Source: Octopus sinensis (Eukaryota). Taken from it: a stretch of DNA of 64,000 nucleotides. The stretch's first letter is position 1. Each line of letters begins with the position of its first letter. Position numbers and translations under genes: made by a program. Below are positions 13,600 through 26,644 of the stretch, piece after piece. Below the pieces are notes generated by a model, which saw nothing but the letters and a program-made list of their open reading frames with translations, had not been told where the DNA came from and searched no databases. The DNA lies in contig NC_043007.1 of the NCBI RefSeq assembly GCF_006345805.1, positions 56,916,001-56,980,000 of the forward strand. Reading direction: 5' to 3'.

Positions 13600-14683
13600 T
13601 GTCATACATAGCCATTGTATATCCTGTGAAAGGGAGCGTAGGTGATGATTTAGTGTCACTTGAGGATGGAGGTGGTGGTGCTGGAGGTGGAGTTGGTCTC
13701 AACCCAGGCATTCGTGGTAATGGTGGAGGTGGTGGTGGTGGTGGGCAAGGTGAGCCTGCACCAGGCAGTGGCGGTGGTGGTGGTGGTGGTGGTGGTGGTG
13801 GTGGAACACAAGGGCTTGCACCAGGCAATGGTGGGGGAGGAGGTGGAACACGAGGGCCTGCACCAGGCAATGGCGGGGGAGGAGGTGGAACACGAGGGCC
13901 TGCACCAGGCAATGGTGGGGGAGGAGGTGGAACACGAGGGCCTGCACCAGGCAAAGGTGGGGGAGGAGGTGGTGTAGAAGATGTTAAGCTGATACTGGGT
14001 AAGGTTGGTAATGGTGGTGGTGGTGGTGGTGGTGGAGGTGGTGGTGGTGGTGGTGGTGGTGGAGGTGGTGAAACTGTTCCCACTGGTGCAGGCTGAGATG
14101 GAACTATTGAGCATGAAGTTTGTGCAGAGGGAGAAGTTGGAGATGATTGAAGAATGCTGGAGGAAGAAGGAGGTACAGAAAGAGGTGAAGCACACGTGTC
14201 TCTCATCATATACAGCTGGTTATCATCTTTCATGGGTGATGAGGTTGGTGACAACACTGTGAAACACATGGAATCATCCCCTTCAGGAGAAATAAGGCAT
14301 CGGTTGAGAGGTTGATGCTTCTGTGTAATGTTTTCCACTGCATTTGGAGATTTGTCCTCATCTCGATTGATGTAATTCAGAGGAGTGTCTGCCAACATTT
14401 TGTCAGGTGTTGCTGCAGGAGTGTGGTACTGAGATGGACTTGGAGTATCTGAAAGACTGTAATTCATATTTGGAGTCAGCTCATTTGGTTTCAAATGTGA
14501 TTTCTCCAATTCCATCTCAGCAGCTTGTGCATACTTCCAAGCTGACTGCGTCATCTGTTCAATCCCCAAAAGAACTTCATACTTCTCACATTGAGCTTTT
14601 AGTTTCTTGAGTTCCTCATTTTTCAGTTTTAATTGGGTTTCAAATTCTTTCATCAATTCTGCTTTTCTAACATTGTGTTCTTT
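13600..14683 (-). CDS. FMN2: Formin large exon: coiled coil, Ser/Pro-rich linker and FH1 poly-proline domain
   Basis: Acceptor ttttgccAG (14684-85) and donor GTAAG (13595-99). 1084 nt, phase 0 in and 1 out, open throughout. The FH1 contains 42-bp repeats encoding PPPPPPLPGAGPRV. Confidence 0.95.
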
Positions 14684-14789
14684 CTGGCAAAATTCAAAAA
14701 TCAAATAAAAATTAACACAATTTTGTTTTGTTTTTGATCAGATACAAAATCAAATTTTGTAAGAAAACATCATTGCATCAAACCTGCTT

Positions 14790-15370
14790 TAGACATGACT
14801 AGCATGCAAATAACCCCCTTACAATTGATCCAAATGTAGGTTCTTATTATCACCAAGGATCACTCAGGGTGAAAATACATCCTTAACATAGCTAAAGCCA
14901 AAACACAAGTTGCCCTTCTCTTCAGGGCCACAAGATACTTCAATAACAAATAATTTTTGGCATTCTACAAAAAGCTCAGGTGAGGCCCATTGTGGAATAT
15001 TGTCCATAATGGACAATGCTCCTGCTGTCCACACAGACATCCTAAACTACATCCGGAAAAGGACCACCCAACTGATTAGCATAAAATCACTCCATCCTCA
15101 GACTCAAAAATAATCTTTTTTTTTTTGCCTTTTCTACCATTACTATAAAGGTCTCTGTTCCTTAGAGCTGGCTTGGCTCAAGCCAAATCCACTCAAGCAT
15201 TCCTGACTTACTTGTCTCTCCTCCTCTCATCAACCTTGTTGTGTCCAACATTGCAAGCCCTACACTAACCACTACACCCAGTCCTTCCCTCCAAAACTCC
15301 CTCTCTGCTCATGCTTTTCCCGCAAGTGATGGCTTGCAACAGTTCAAGAGGGACATTAGCTAGATCAATC
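14790..15370 (+). mobile_element. CR1/L2-like LINE RT 3' remnant
   Basis: Degenerate YKAQVRPIVEYC...IRKRTTQLI-type RT thumb sequence at about 14980-15080. Confidence 0.5.
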
Positions 15371-16185
15371 TCACCAGTCTCGGAGGGCCTATAAAGATCA
15401 TGGGCACTAACCCCTTAACCAGATCTAGAAAATTTTAAAAAATGAATATGAATTACATAAAAATTGTGTGTGTGTGTGAGAGAGAGAGAGAGAAACACAA
15501 ACGTGTGTCTGTATATGTATATTCTACACACACACACACAAATATTACATATATTGTAGACAAGTTAGGGTACCAAGTTCTAGAGTAAGGGCATTGATCC
15601 ATTATTTATTTTATTGATCTTTGAACAGTGAAATGCAAGGTCAATCAGGGTAGGATTTGAAATCATAAACTAAAGAACATAACCAAATATCACAAGGTAA
15701 TTTGTGACCAAATGTGACCAATACCACTAATCATGGTTTTAAAAAGGAGCTAGCAGTAAAAAAACATTATTTCTATAAATTTTCTTTTACACAAAATAAT
15801 ATATTTCAACATTTTGCTTTAACTTCTGCTTGTTGATCATATTTAGAACTTTTTCAATAAAACTAATGGTTACTAAGGAGTTAAATAAATGATACAGTAG
15901 AAAAGATACACAACAAGATGAAAGAGGTTAAATCAACCCCAGTAGAATGAACTCATAGAGATGCTTCTATGTGGCCACACAACCTTCTTGAAATAGCAAA
16001 CAAATATCCCACAAAGCATACACTACTGTCTTAAAAAGAAGTGGAAGAACACTCTTTTCCAAAGACAATGTAGCTTTGGATACAATGTATTTGAAAAATG
16101 TGACTGGATGGTCAAAGTTAGAAAGTCTGATTGTAAATCAAGTTGGGCAGATTTGAGGTTAAACAACAATATAAATGATACATAC

Positions 16186-16247
16186 CACTAGATTCTCTGT
16201 ACTCTCTTTATATTCTTGTCTGAGAATTGCCAGAGATGCTTGCTGTT
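16186..16247 (-). CDS. FMN2: Formin exon (coiled coil upstream of FH1)
   Basis: Acceptor caattcAG and donor GTATG. 62 nt, phase 1 in and 0 out. Encodes (E)QQASLAILRQEYKESTENLV, which from memory resembles vertebrate FMN EYQAAILHLKREHKEEIENL. Phases fit both neighbouring exons. Confidence 0.88.
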
Positions 16248-16664
16248 CTGAATTGATGAAGAAATGATAAATTAAAAATATATTAACATCAGACAAGAAG
16301 ATTATTATTACTGCAGCTAAATATGGGTCTTCAACACAACATAGGTCAGTATTCCATAGCAGTTGTAAGGTTAGATAGCACAACTACTATTGTAACTAAT
16401 TCTATTTTACTACTACTACTACTACTTGTTCAGTTTACTTATGAAATCTAAGACCCCTGTCTGGGACAATGCTAGAGTTTCTAGAAACTTTCAAGAGACC
16501 AGGTCAACATTTCTATAAGTGCAAAAGCAGATATCATTGTCATTATCCTAATTATAATGTCCATTTTCTCAGAATGGATCACACGCATCTGTAGTACAAC
16601 ATTGCACTAACCATTTCAAAACCATTAAGTCTATAATCCCATCTCTTCTTGTATTTGTCTGCGG

Positions 16665-17030
16665 CGAGCTGGCAGAAATGTTAGCATGCCGGGTGAAATG
16701 CTTAGCAGTATTTCGTCTGCCATTACGTTCTGAGTTCGAATTCCATCGAGGTCGACTTTACCTTTCGTCCTTTTGGGGTCGATAAATTAAGTACCAGTTA
16801 CACATTGGGGCCGATGTGATCAACTTAATCTATTTGTCTGTCCTTGTTTGTCCCCTCTATGTATAGCCCCTTGTGGGCAATAAAGAAATAAGAAACTTTA
16901 GCATGCTGGGCAAAATGCTTAGTGGTATTTCATCTGTCTTTACATTCTGAGTTCAAATTAAACTAATTGACTGGCCCCCTCCCCCAAAATTTCAGGCCTT
17001 GAGCCTAGAGCAGAAAAGAATATATAGCAC
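16665..17030 (+). mobile_element. tRNA-derived SINE, one complete copy plus a second partial copy
   Basis: gagctggcagaaatgttagcatgccgg head, B-box-like gttcgaattcc, central gtcgactttacctttcgtcc..gtaccag domain, and tail gtcccctctatg..gccccttgtgggcaataaag. Confidence 0.8.
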
Positions 17031-18182
17031 CTTGGATACATGTACAGAGGCTCATTTAGAAAAATAAACAGGATGGAGTAGCCAGATGCAATACAGCTGC
17101 CAAATACATACAGTAAGGAACTATATATAATACATGAAGGGACATGGACTGTCAACCATGCAGAAAGGGATGTCTTAATAGGAGACAACTATACAGTGTG
17201 AAAGGAGTACAAACATACCAAGCAATGTTGCACAAACTATCATTTAAAATACAAAGATGTAGAGAGATATAGAAAATAATGAGATAATTATGGACATGTC
17301 AAATATACATATCAGTGACACAACCATTAACAAATATAGTACAAATATAAACTGCCTTTGATACATCAGGAGAACAAGTACATAAGGACTAGGACTCAAA
17401 CAGAATTGTCAGTCATCTGTAAAGGGGATACATACAGGATGGTTCATCGTCATCATCATTATTTAACATGTTTTCCATGCTGGCATGGGTTGGATGGCAT
17501 GACAGGAACTGGCAAGGCCAGGGCCACAATGGATTCCACAGCCTATTTTGACTTGGTTTCTACAGCTGGATGCTCTTCTTAACACCAACCACTTTACAGA
17601 GTGTACTAGGTGCTTTTTACATGGCATCAGTATCAGTGCTTTTTATGTGGCACCAGCACCAGTGCTTTTTATATATTGCATTAGGACCCACACCAATGCT
17701 TTTTATGTGGCACTTTGGTTTTAGGATATCAAATCAGTCGTGGTGAGTGGGTTGACAAAAGATCATAGGTACACATAAATGAAACAACAATACACTGAGA
17801 AGACAGTTCACTATACACAGCAAGGAAACAACTATGTACAATATTAGAATGTAAAATATTGTCTTCAAATCATGAAAGATTCTAAGAGCTGCTGCATACT
17901 TTCAATTTCATGGTTACAAGCCAGAGAGATTGGAGAGGGTGTTGATTTATCTTAGGTGATATTCCCAGATGATCTGGTAAATAAGCTGTACCTTACAGCT
18001 TAATATAGTCAATTAGAATGAAGTATACTGCCTAAAACTACACTGCAAAACACTGCCAGTGGATTTCAAACCAAAACATTTAAGCTAGTAGTTCAAAACA
18101 AATCCATTCAACCATTTAATTTTTCCATAAAAAACTACAGAACACAAACTATAAAAACAACATATGTTGAAACTTTACTTAC

Positions 18183-18336
18183 CAGCTTCAGTATATTTCA
18201 AAGCTGAATTACTTTGTGAAGAATTAGAAACCAAAACGGAAGGCCACAAGGAAGATTCAATTTTACCAGGAGCTGTACCAGGTGGTTGCGTAAGGCATGA
18301 GGCTTCTGTATGAGTCCAGTAGTACATGCAGTCAGG
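18183..18336 (-). CDS. FMN2: Formin exon
   Basis: Acceptor tttcttttcAG and donor GTAAGT. 154 nt, phase 0 in and 1 out, open. Ends PGKIESSLWPS...SALKYTEA, which from memory resembles the vertebrate FMN PGRLQAVWPP...LKYTEAEY segment. Confidence 0.88.
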
Positions 18337-18686
18337 CTGAAAAGAAACATTTTAATAACATTAACATAACATTTGATAATATTAATTGTATATCTCTTAA
18401 ACTGGCCATATCCAGCCCAAATAATCTATCTGTTTTATATTCAAGTTGGCCAGATCCAGCTCCTCACACCTACCCTACCCTACAATATCACAATGTTTTT
18501 CTGAAAATAAACAACTACATCATTGAAATCTCAAAGCTACAAGATAATGTATGATCACTTCAAAACAATACGAATAAATAGACATTACATTTGACGGAAT
18601 AATCAGAATGCTGAGGGTTAAACTCCACCTCTTTAAATGTCACCACATACATAAACAAAAACATGAGCTCAACTATACGTGTGTGT

Positions 18687-18736
<50 letters not shown>

Positions 18737-18783
18737 ATGTGTGCAGTCATATCTATTTGACCATCTAGCAAAGTATCATATGA

Positions 18784-18819
<36 letters not shown>

Positions 18820-18935
18820 TAGATAGATAGATATATCTACATATCTACCAGTTAATTTACCTTTTCAAATCATGTCCTCTCTCTCTACTTTCACTCATTC
18901 ATATATTTAGTTGACTCACTCTGCAGGTGGATATA

Positions 18936-19878
18936 CAGGTTGTTTCAAAAGACTATGTCACATTCTAAGAACTCTTATATCATTAACTACAAATGATAGC
19001 ATAATTGAACTGGTACCATTTTAAAGTTAAAAGTGTCAAGTTTTCTTTTGTTCATTTAATTTAATTAATTAAATCTAACTTTTTTTTTTTTTTGCTTCTT
19101 TTCAAATCCAGTAATGTCATTCACAAAACAAGAAGTTATTTTGTGTCCTAAAACACACTAAAACTGAATCATGGACATGTGTTCAATGCAAATTTCGTAC
19201 AATGTTTACCAAGCAGGCACCAGACAGATGCTTCGTTTTGAATTGGCATACAAAATTTAAGGAGGAGGGGGTGTTTGTGCCCAGCAAAGAGAACAGAGTG
19301 CCCCTCAGCTTCAGATGATATGATTGAACAAATTTGGCAAGCTTTCCAGCACAAATCCCAGAAGTCAGAATAGCCAGTCGAGAACTTCAGCTCCCATCAA
19401 CAATTGTTTGGCATGTCTTAAGGAGATAGCTGCAGTTCACACCATACAAGCTGCAATTGGTTCAACAGTTGAAAAACACTGATAAACCTATTCACCGTGA
19501 ATTTGCACAGGGGCATCCTGTTCTCTTTGCTGGGCACAAACACCCCTCCTCCTTAAATTTTGCATGCCTATTCAATATGGAACGTCTGTCTGGTGCCTGT
19601 TTCGTAAATATTGTATGAAATTTGCATTGAACACATGTCCATGATTCAGTTTTAGCATATTCTAGGACAAAAAATGACATCTCTTGTTTTGTGAATGACA
19701 TTACTGGATCTGAAAAGAGACAAAAAACAAAATTTTAATTTAATTAAATTGAAATTAAATTAACAGAAGAAAACTTGGCACTTTTAGCTTTTAAATGGTA
19801 CCAGTTGAATCACACTACCAGTTGTAGTTCATGATATAAGAGTTCTTAGAATGTGACATAGACCTTTGAAACACCCTG
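18936..19878. mobile_element. Foldback Tc1/mariner derivative with ~370-bp inverted arms and TA TSD
   Basis: TA|CAGGTTGTTTCAAAAG ... CTTTGAAACACCCTG|TA. Both arms contain the transposase N-terminus (MSFTKQEMSFFVLEYAKTESW...). Confidence 0.85.
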
Positions 19879-19984
19879 TAGATTAAAATAGAAAATGAAT
19901 AAGCAAAACATTTAATTTACATATAAAATACAAACATAGTGCAGAGTAGTTATGAGAAATATGTTAAACCGCTTACAGCTGTTT

Positions 19985-20590
19985 CAATAATAGCTAAGCA
20001 TTTGGATCATATGTTATTGAGTAAAGAATTCCAAGAAAGCTAAGTATTTTGGAGAGAGAGAGAGGGGGGAGAGAGAGAGGGAGAGAGAAAGAGAGAGAAC
20101 AGAAATGAAGAATATCCCCAATCAAAGATAGTAGTAGTTACTAGTTCATCAAGAAATGAAGGAAAGACCAGAGTGAAAGATAGATGTTTGGAAGTTCCAT
20201 TATCAATAATCAAGTCATAAGTAAAATTTAACGTTCATTTGCGGTTCCATAGGTGAAGATTTGAGGATAATCCATGGCAAAGGATAATGGAATTTACTAT
20301 TTCCATTTTTGAATAGAAAGTGAATTAGGATTCAGTTGGGATCACAGTAGTATATTACTCCAACTCAATCCTAATTCACTTTGATCATGGAACTACCAAA
20401 CACATCTACCTTTCATTTTGGTCTTTCCTTCATTTCTCAATGAACTGGTAACTACTAATATCCTTGATTGGGGATATTCTTCATTTCTAGATCTTCTTAC
20501 TTCTCTTTCTTTCTGATGATGGAATACTTAGCTTACATGGAATTCCTTACACAATAACATGATCCACATGCTTAGCTATTCTATAACAAA
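19985..20590. repeat. Nested inverted-repeat (foldback/MITE-like) element
   Basis: Arm pairs 19985-20050 / 20522-20585 and 20101-20200 / 20388-20488, plus an inner hairpin aaagtgaattaggattcagttgg / ccaactcaatcctaattcacttt (~20317-20382). Confidence 0.8.
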
Positions 20591-21967
20591 GTTGCTAAAA
20601 TGGTGAAGCTATATTTTATCCAAGTAACACATGTCAGATATGGTGCACATTTACTTAGCAAAGATCATCAGCCATTGTCCCTCAAGAATTCATACTAACA
20701 CAATTCCCTTCGATGTATCTCATACAGGACAGTGATTTGCTGAAGATTTCAAACTCCAGACGGTTATCAAAACATAAATGATTAAACTCGATCACAATCC
20801 AACTTCCATATATGAATCCGAAAAACTGAAGACTGAAAACAAAACCAAAACAATCAAGTAAGTTCATGTAGTTTGATTTTGAAAAGAACTAACTTAAACT
20901 GCCATAGTCCTGAGTGTCAAATGGCATCTGATAAATGTCAGAACTTAGGAGTTATTGTTGACAAAAGACTTGATGGAAAGGATCAAATCAACACACTATT
21001 GATTAACTGTCTGAGATCAGTTGTTAATAAGATTAAAATATCCCAAGCTAACAACTTTAACTTTAGAGAGGTCAGCTGTCTATTGAACATGAATGCTATT
21101 GCCCTTAGTTTATAAATAAAAGGTGCCTGCTTTGAATCCAGTGGGGTAGTATGTAATGAAGGTGTAAATATTGAAAAATCTTCCAGCCTTAAAAGTGAAG
21201 AAAATTATAATCTGGTGTTACAAGCAAAATAAACTCATGGGTAAGATGGATTAACAACATGCTGTCTTCCAGCCACGACAGTATTTTATATGTAAAGGTG
21301 TCACTTCACTACCTTTATTATATTCTATTTATGTTCACTCTACACACAACAAGACATTAAATTTAATCTAAAAACTCTGAAAGTTGATTAGAAAAAAAAT
21401 AAAATAAACAGCATGAGAATTATGAATTAGTGGGATACCACCTTCAGACACATGGATTTTATTCTTAACAAAGTCATTTCAAGAACTTCAACATTTTCAC
21501 AAAGTAGAAAATTTACCATCAATATTATACAATATAACAGTGACTCAACTGACAGAGTTGATTTAATAATGGAAAATGAGGTAAGAGTTCCTATTATCAG
21601 TAGTTCTGCATTGTATCCATGACAAAAAGTTAAATCATATATAAATCAGTCCACTTAGTTGTCAACAACTGTCACAAGAGTGGATCACAGCAGCATAGTA
21701 AAATTTATAAATGTTCTGATATCTTGCTGTGCACAGTTCAGCTCCTCCAGTGGAGGCATAATTTGGAAATTCCTAACTTACCCTTGGTCTACCACATGAA
21801 AAGAAATTCTCCAGTGATTGCCCCCTGAGGCAATATACCAATGTGGGATTCACTAGCACCTTACAATATTGAGTAAAGCAAACCTAAATATTAACATCAT
21901 GATATTGAGACAGAAGTGAAAAGAACCAAGATTATCACCAAAAGATTAAAAAGAAAAAAGGACTTAC

Positions 21968-22036
21968 TTTGACCTCCTGAGCTGACCATGATAGGGTGGG
22001 AACTACCCTTATATTGTGAGATACAGGTTCAGACAT
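21968..22036 (-). CDS. Candidate first coding exon of formin (possibly an alternative isoform)
   Basis: ATG with an in-frame upstream TAG. 23 codons MSEPVSHNIRVVPTLSWSAQEVK, followed by the strong donor AAA|GTAAGT in phase 0, matching the 18336 acceptor. No homology evidence. Confidence 0.45.
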
Positions 22037-23431
22037 CTTCTTCTAAGTGATTCTTTGACACTTAGGGTTACCTACTTCCACAACAAATAAATAACTATTG
22101 CTGTCTTTGTATAAAACTATTAGTTGTTGTTTTTGTAATTGCTATTGATTGTTGTTTGCTGTATTTGTTTTCTCATAGAATAAAGACACAGGAAATATTG
22201 ATATGTGATAGTTTACAGGTATGTAATAGTCTCTTTTATACTACAATGTCGTGAAGTATATTGATTAGAGAGTTAGACTATAGACATGTAAGGATATGAG
22301 AAGAGTAGGTTCAAAAATTATTAGGAGCTCTCACAGGATACATAGCAAACTGGACCAACCCTAACCAGCAAAGTAAATTAAATGTGAAACTAATGTGGTG
22401 CTAAGAATAGAGAAATATAGTGCAGAGTATGACAGCATGAGCTGGTTTTGAACTGGGTTCAGTAATTCTCTGCTTTAAGTGTTTGGTAGTTTATCATCAA
22501 AACAGATACTTATTCCAATATTTCCATTGTAGCAGCTTTGCTCAGTCAATGTGTAAGAATACATTCCATTCTAATAGCACTTTATGAAGACAGGGACATT
22601 GTTCATACATGTTGTTGTTTTCCTTTTAATATTTTATTATTGAGTTGTGGCTATTCTGCTATTGTTGCTGCTTTCTTGATATGTTGGACCAAGGTGGAGG
22701 AGTGCTGCTAGGTAACTTGATGTCAGTTGGAAACAATGAAATATACCAGAGTAACCAAGACATTTTAACAAAGATGAAAATTCCAAAAATACTTCATCAG
22801 TGGTGATCTTGATGTATAACAAACAGATTCTGCAATATTGTTGGTAACAGAGTGAGTGGGAGAGGAAAAAAGGGAAATATCTCCAAGAGTTTAAGAGAAA
22901 AACAAAAAAAAAGGCAAACCAAATATTCAGCGTGGAGTCTCTTTTAGATTGAAATAGGTTTTGATGGTTTTGTCATTTCCTGTCACATCACTCTTTTCTA
23001 CCTCTCTCTCTCTCTCTCTCTCTTCCTCTCAGTAATTAAGTTATCACACCATTACTAACAAGAGTAATTAAAGATTCAGAAAAATAGAAAAGAATTAGAA
23101 AAGAAAAAATATATATCTCTTTAAAAGTTAAATAAGGATTTTTCTTTTAATTTAACTTTTTGTAGGGATCAGGACAACTCCAAAATGGTACTTCCTGTTT
23201 ATAAACTGAGGCCAGCAGACAATGGACAATTTTGAGTGGTTATATAGGCAGACATTTATTTTTCATAAATTGCTGTCATTTTATCCATGCCGGTATTTTC
23301 AGTGGCGAGAGTCGATGTGACGTAACAACAACCATAACGACATAATTGAATAATAATTTCATTCCTTGTCCAGGTTTTTGTTATTGTTGATGTTACTAAA
23401 ACATCAAAAAAACTCCCAACATTACTTGTAA

Positions 23432-24205
<774 letters not shown>

Positions 24206-25649
24206 GATAGGTATGCAATATTATAAAAGAGCATCACATGGATCTGTATATGTATAAATGTATGTATTGTAGAACAGCAGATGCACCTATGAAGTTATAG
24301 GTGGTGGTGGGAGGAGGAAGAGGCATTCTAGTGTAAGTGGGTTACTTAAAAACATTATCAGTAGTTAGCAAACATTATCGGGCATGACCTAAGAAACAAA
24401 GAAAATTAAACAAAAGCAACAGGAGGAAATTTATTTTGTCTCCTTTTTCCATCTCTAAGTCATGGGACCAACAGTTGACAAACATTTCTTAAAAGTATAT
24501 CACACAAAACACAGCAGCAAACTTATGTAAGTTTATAAACACAGCAAACAACAACAGCTAATGAAGGAGCCTCCGGATAGTTGCTCAGCTTGCTAGAAAT
24601 GGGAGCCAAATCATCTTCATATCATATCACGCCCTACTGTCTTAAAAATAAAAAAAATTTTTAATAAATGGAAAACACATTGCTGGATAATTCAGTTAAA
24701 TATACAATGTCTGAAAAAAAGAAAGACAAGATGGTTATGGCTGGACTACTTTTGATCATAGATCTGCTGAATCAGAGCTGACCAGAGGTTAAGACCAATG
24801 ACAACCCAACACTGGTTTATAACAATACAAACTATAAATGGAGTGTCTCAATATTCAACTTGAATGTACCTCAATGCAATAGTTAACCCCTTATTATAAC
24901 TCAAATGAGCTCCACACTTTGCAAGTTTTCAATTACATCTGGAAAAGCAAGCCCACCTTTGCTTTTAAATAATTCTATTTATTACTCTAAGTGGGAAATG
25001 AACAAGCAGACAAAGAAGCATCTATTTGGTTGCTAAATCTAATAGAAACAACAGTCAAATCTACTGTCTAAAGAAAAGGAAGAACACACTGGACAATAGA
25101 TATAAAATAATTAGGATGGCCATGGATGGAAAGCCTCTGATCAAAGGTCTGTGCTACCAAGGCCTAAGCAACAACATAAAGACTGGATGACCATGTTAAG
25201 AAACTTGTGATCAGAACAAATCAAAAGGCACATTAGACTGGGTTTGAACCAATGGCATATTTTCTATGTATTTGATCAGAAATGCTTTCCTGCTCCAAGA
25301 AAGCATGTAAATGTAGGCTACTCAACAACTACAGGAACAACAACATTAAAATACTAACAACAGCTGTAACAGTACTAGAATACTGGAATCTAACCAGCAC
25401 ACATTCCAGACTAATAGCATACTAATTAGAGAAAATAAGCAAAAAGTAAATAAATCGACAAAAAACACTACTAATGACTCAACAAATGATTGGAAAAACA
25501 AAATTAGAAGTGATTAGTAGACCACAGCAACAAAAACTCTATTTGTTTTTACAGTATGGAATGAGGAGCACTGACGTTAATATAACTGTTTAACATTTAC
25601 AGTTGGTCTTCTACATTTGTGTAGTTGTTAAAAGTCGGTACTAGTAGAA

Positions 25650-26400
25650 TCCATCACCTCTGTAAAATACTAACCACAGTACAGCTTTCCGTGATAAATT
25701 GTTTTAGTCTGACCAATGTTCTTCTAACCCTGACCATCTCATTTTCTGCCCTATTATATCTGGGATTCAGTTACCAAGTATTTTTCAACTATTTTGAAGA
25801 GAATAGGATGAAGTTTGAAGGAGATCTGGCAACTATTTCTAGCAAGTCAAATGACTGCACAAAAGCTTCCTCACTGCCCATCTCTGTTACATCCAGAAGT
25901 AGAAACTCTAGGTGAACAGTGGAGAGGGTACAACATGCCTAGACTGCCACATTGCACCACACACTGCCCTACAGATCACAACCAGACAGAGCTATGGTAT
26001 ATTCAAAGTATTGGATCACACCTAGAGGCTCAGCTGATTAAGCCTGTTCAATCTATGTTGATATGGAACTACCAAAAAAAAAATCAACAACTGTCTACAT
26101 TGTAATTGTATGTGAAAGATAATGGAGAGAAATAAGGCATAATGTTTACACTTTTCCTGGTCAAGTCAAAATGAAATAAAATGGAATTACTGCCAATAGG
26201 AAACAAAAGCAAGTTCTTGACATAAATGGACCGAGAACTGACCTCTGGTCACCCTAAAACTGTTGGCATCAAATGTGAAGTATATGATTCTGAGGAGAGT
26301 AAAGAGCTGAAAAGCGGGTAGGAGTTCTAATATTCATGCCTTTCTATTAAGTGAATTGAAAGCTGAAGGAGTATGGTGGTCACTTGAAAAAGTATCAAAT
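25650..26400 (+). mobile_element. Possible ancient L1/Tx1 RT remnant
   Basis: Weak, ordered resemblance to LDQ..DH..LGF, CP(L)SPLL..E.L and YxDD motifs. Heavily decayed. Confidence 0.3.
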
Positions 26401-26644
26401 TCAGCTCATCTACAGCTAATTAGTACTCTCTGATATTGCCAGCAAAGCATTCAGAAATTGTGATAAATGGATGATTAGAAAGAAAACACTGCTTCATTCC
26501 TGTCTTTCTTTTTTTTTTTTTGTGAATAGAGAAATACTGAAGACTGACAGAGACCCTTCAATACACTGAGGTAAGTTTAAAATATTCAGTTAACAACTGA
26601 AATTTCATTATCTATTACCATTGTCATCATTATTATTATTATTA

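Noticed and set aside
13536-14262. Gly-rich, Val-rich and Thr-rich ORFs overlapping the FH1 exon
   Set aside because: These are antisense or alternative-frame shadows of the poly-proline exon.
20682-20867. Exon-like unique segment with a good acceptor on the minus strand
   Set aside because: The open frame ends in a stop before any compatible donor, and there is no formin similarity.
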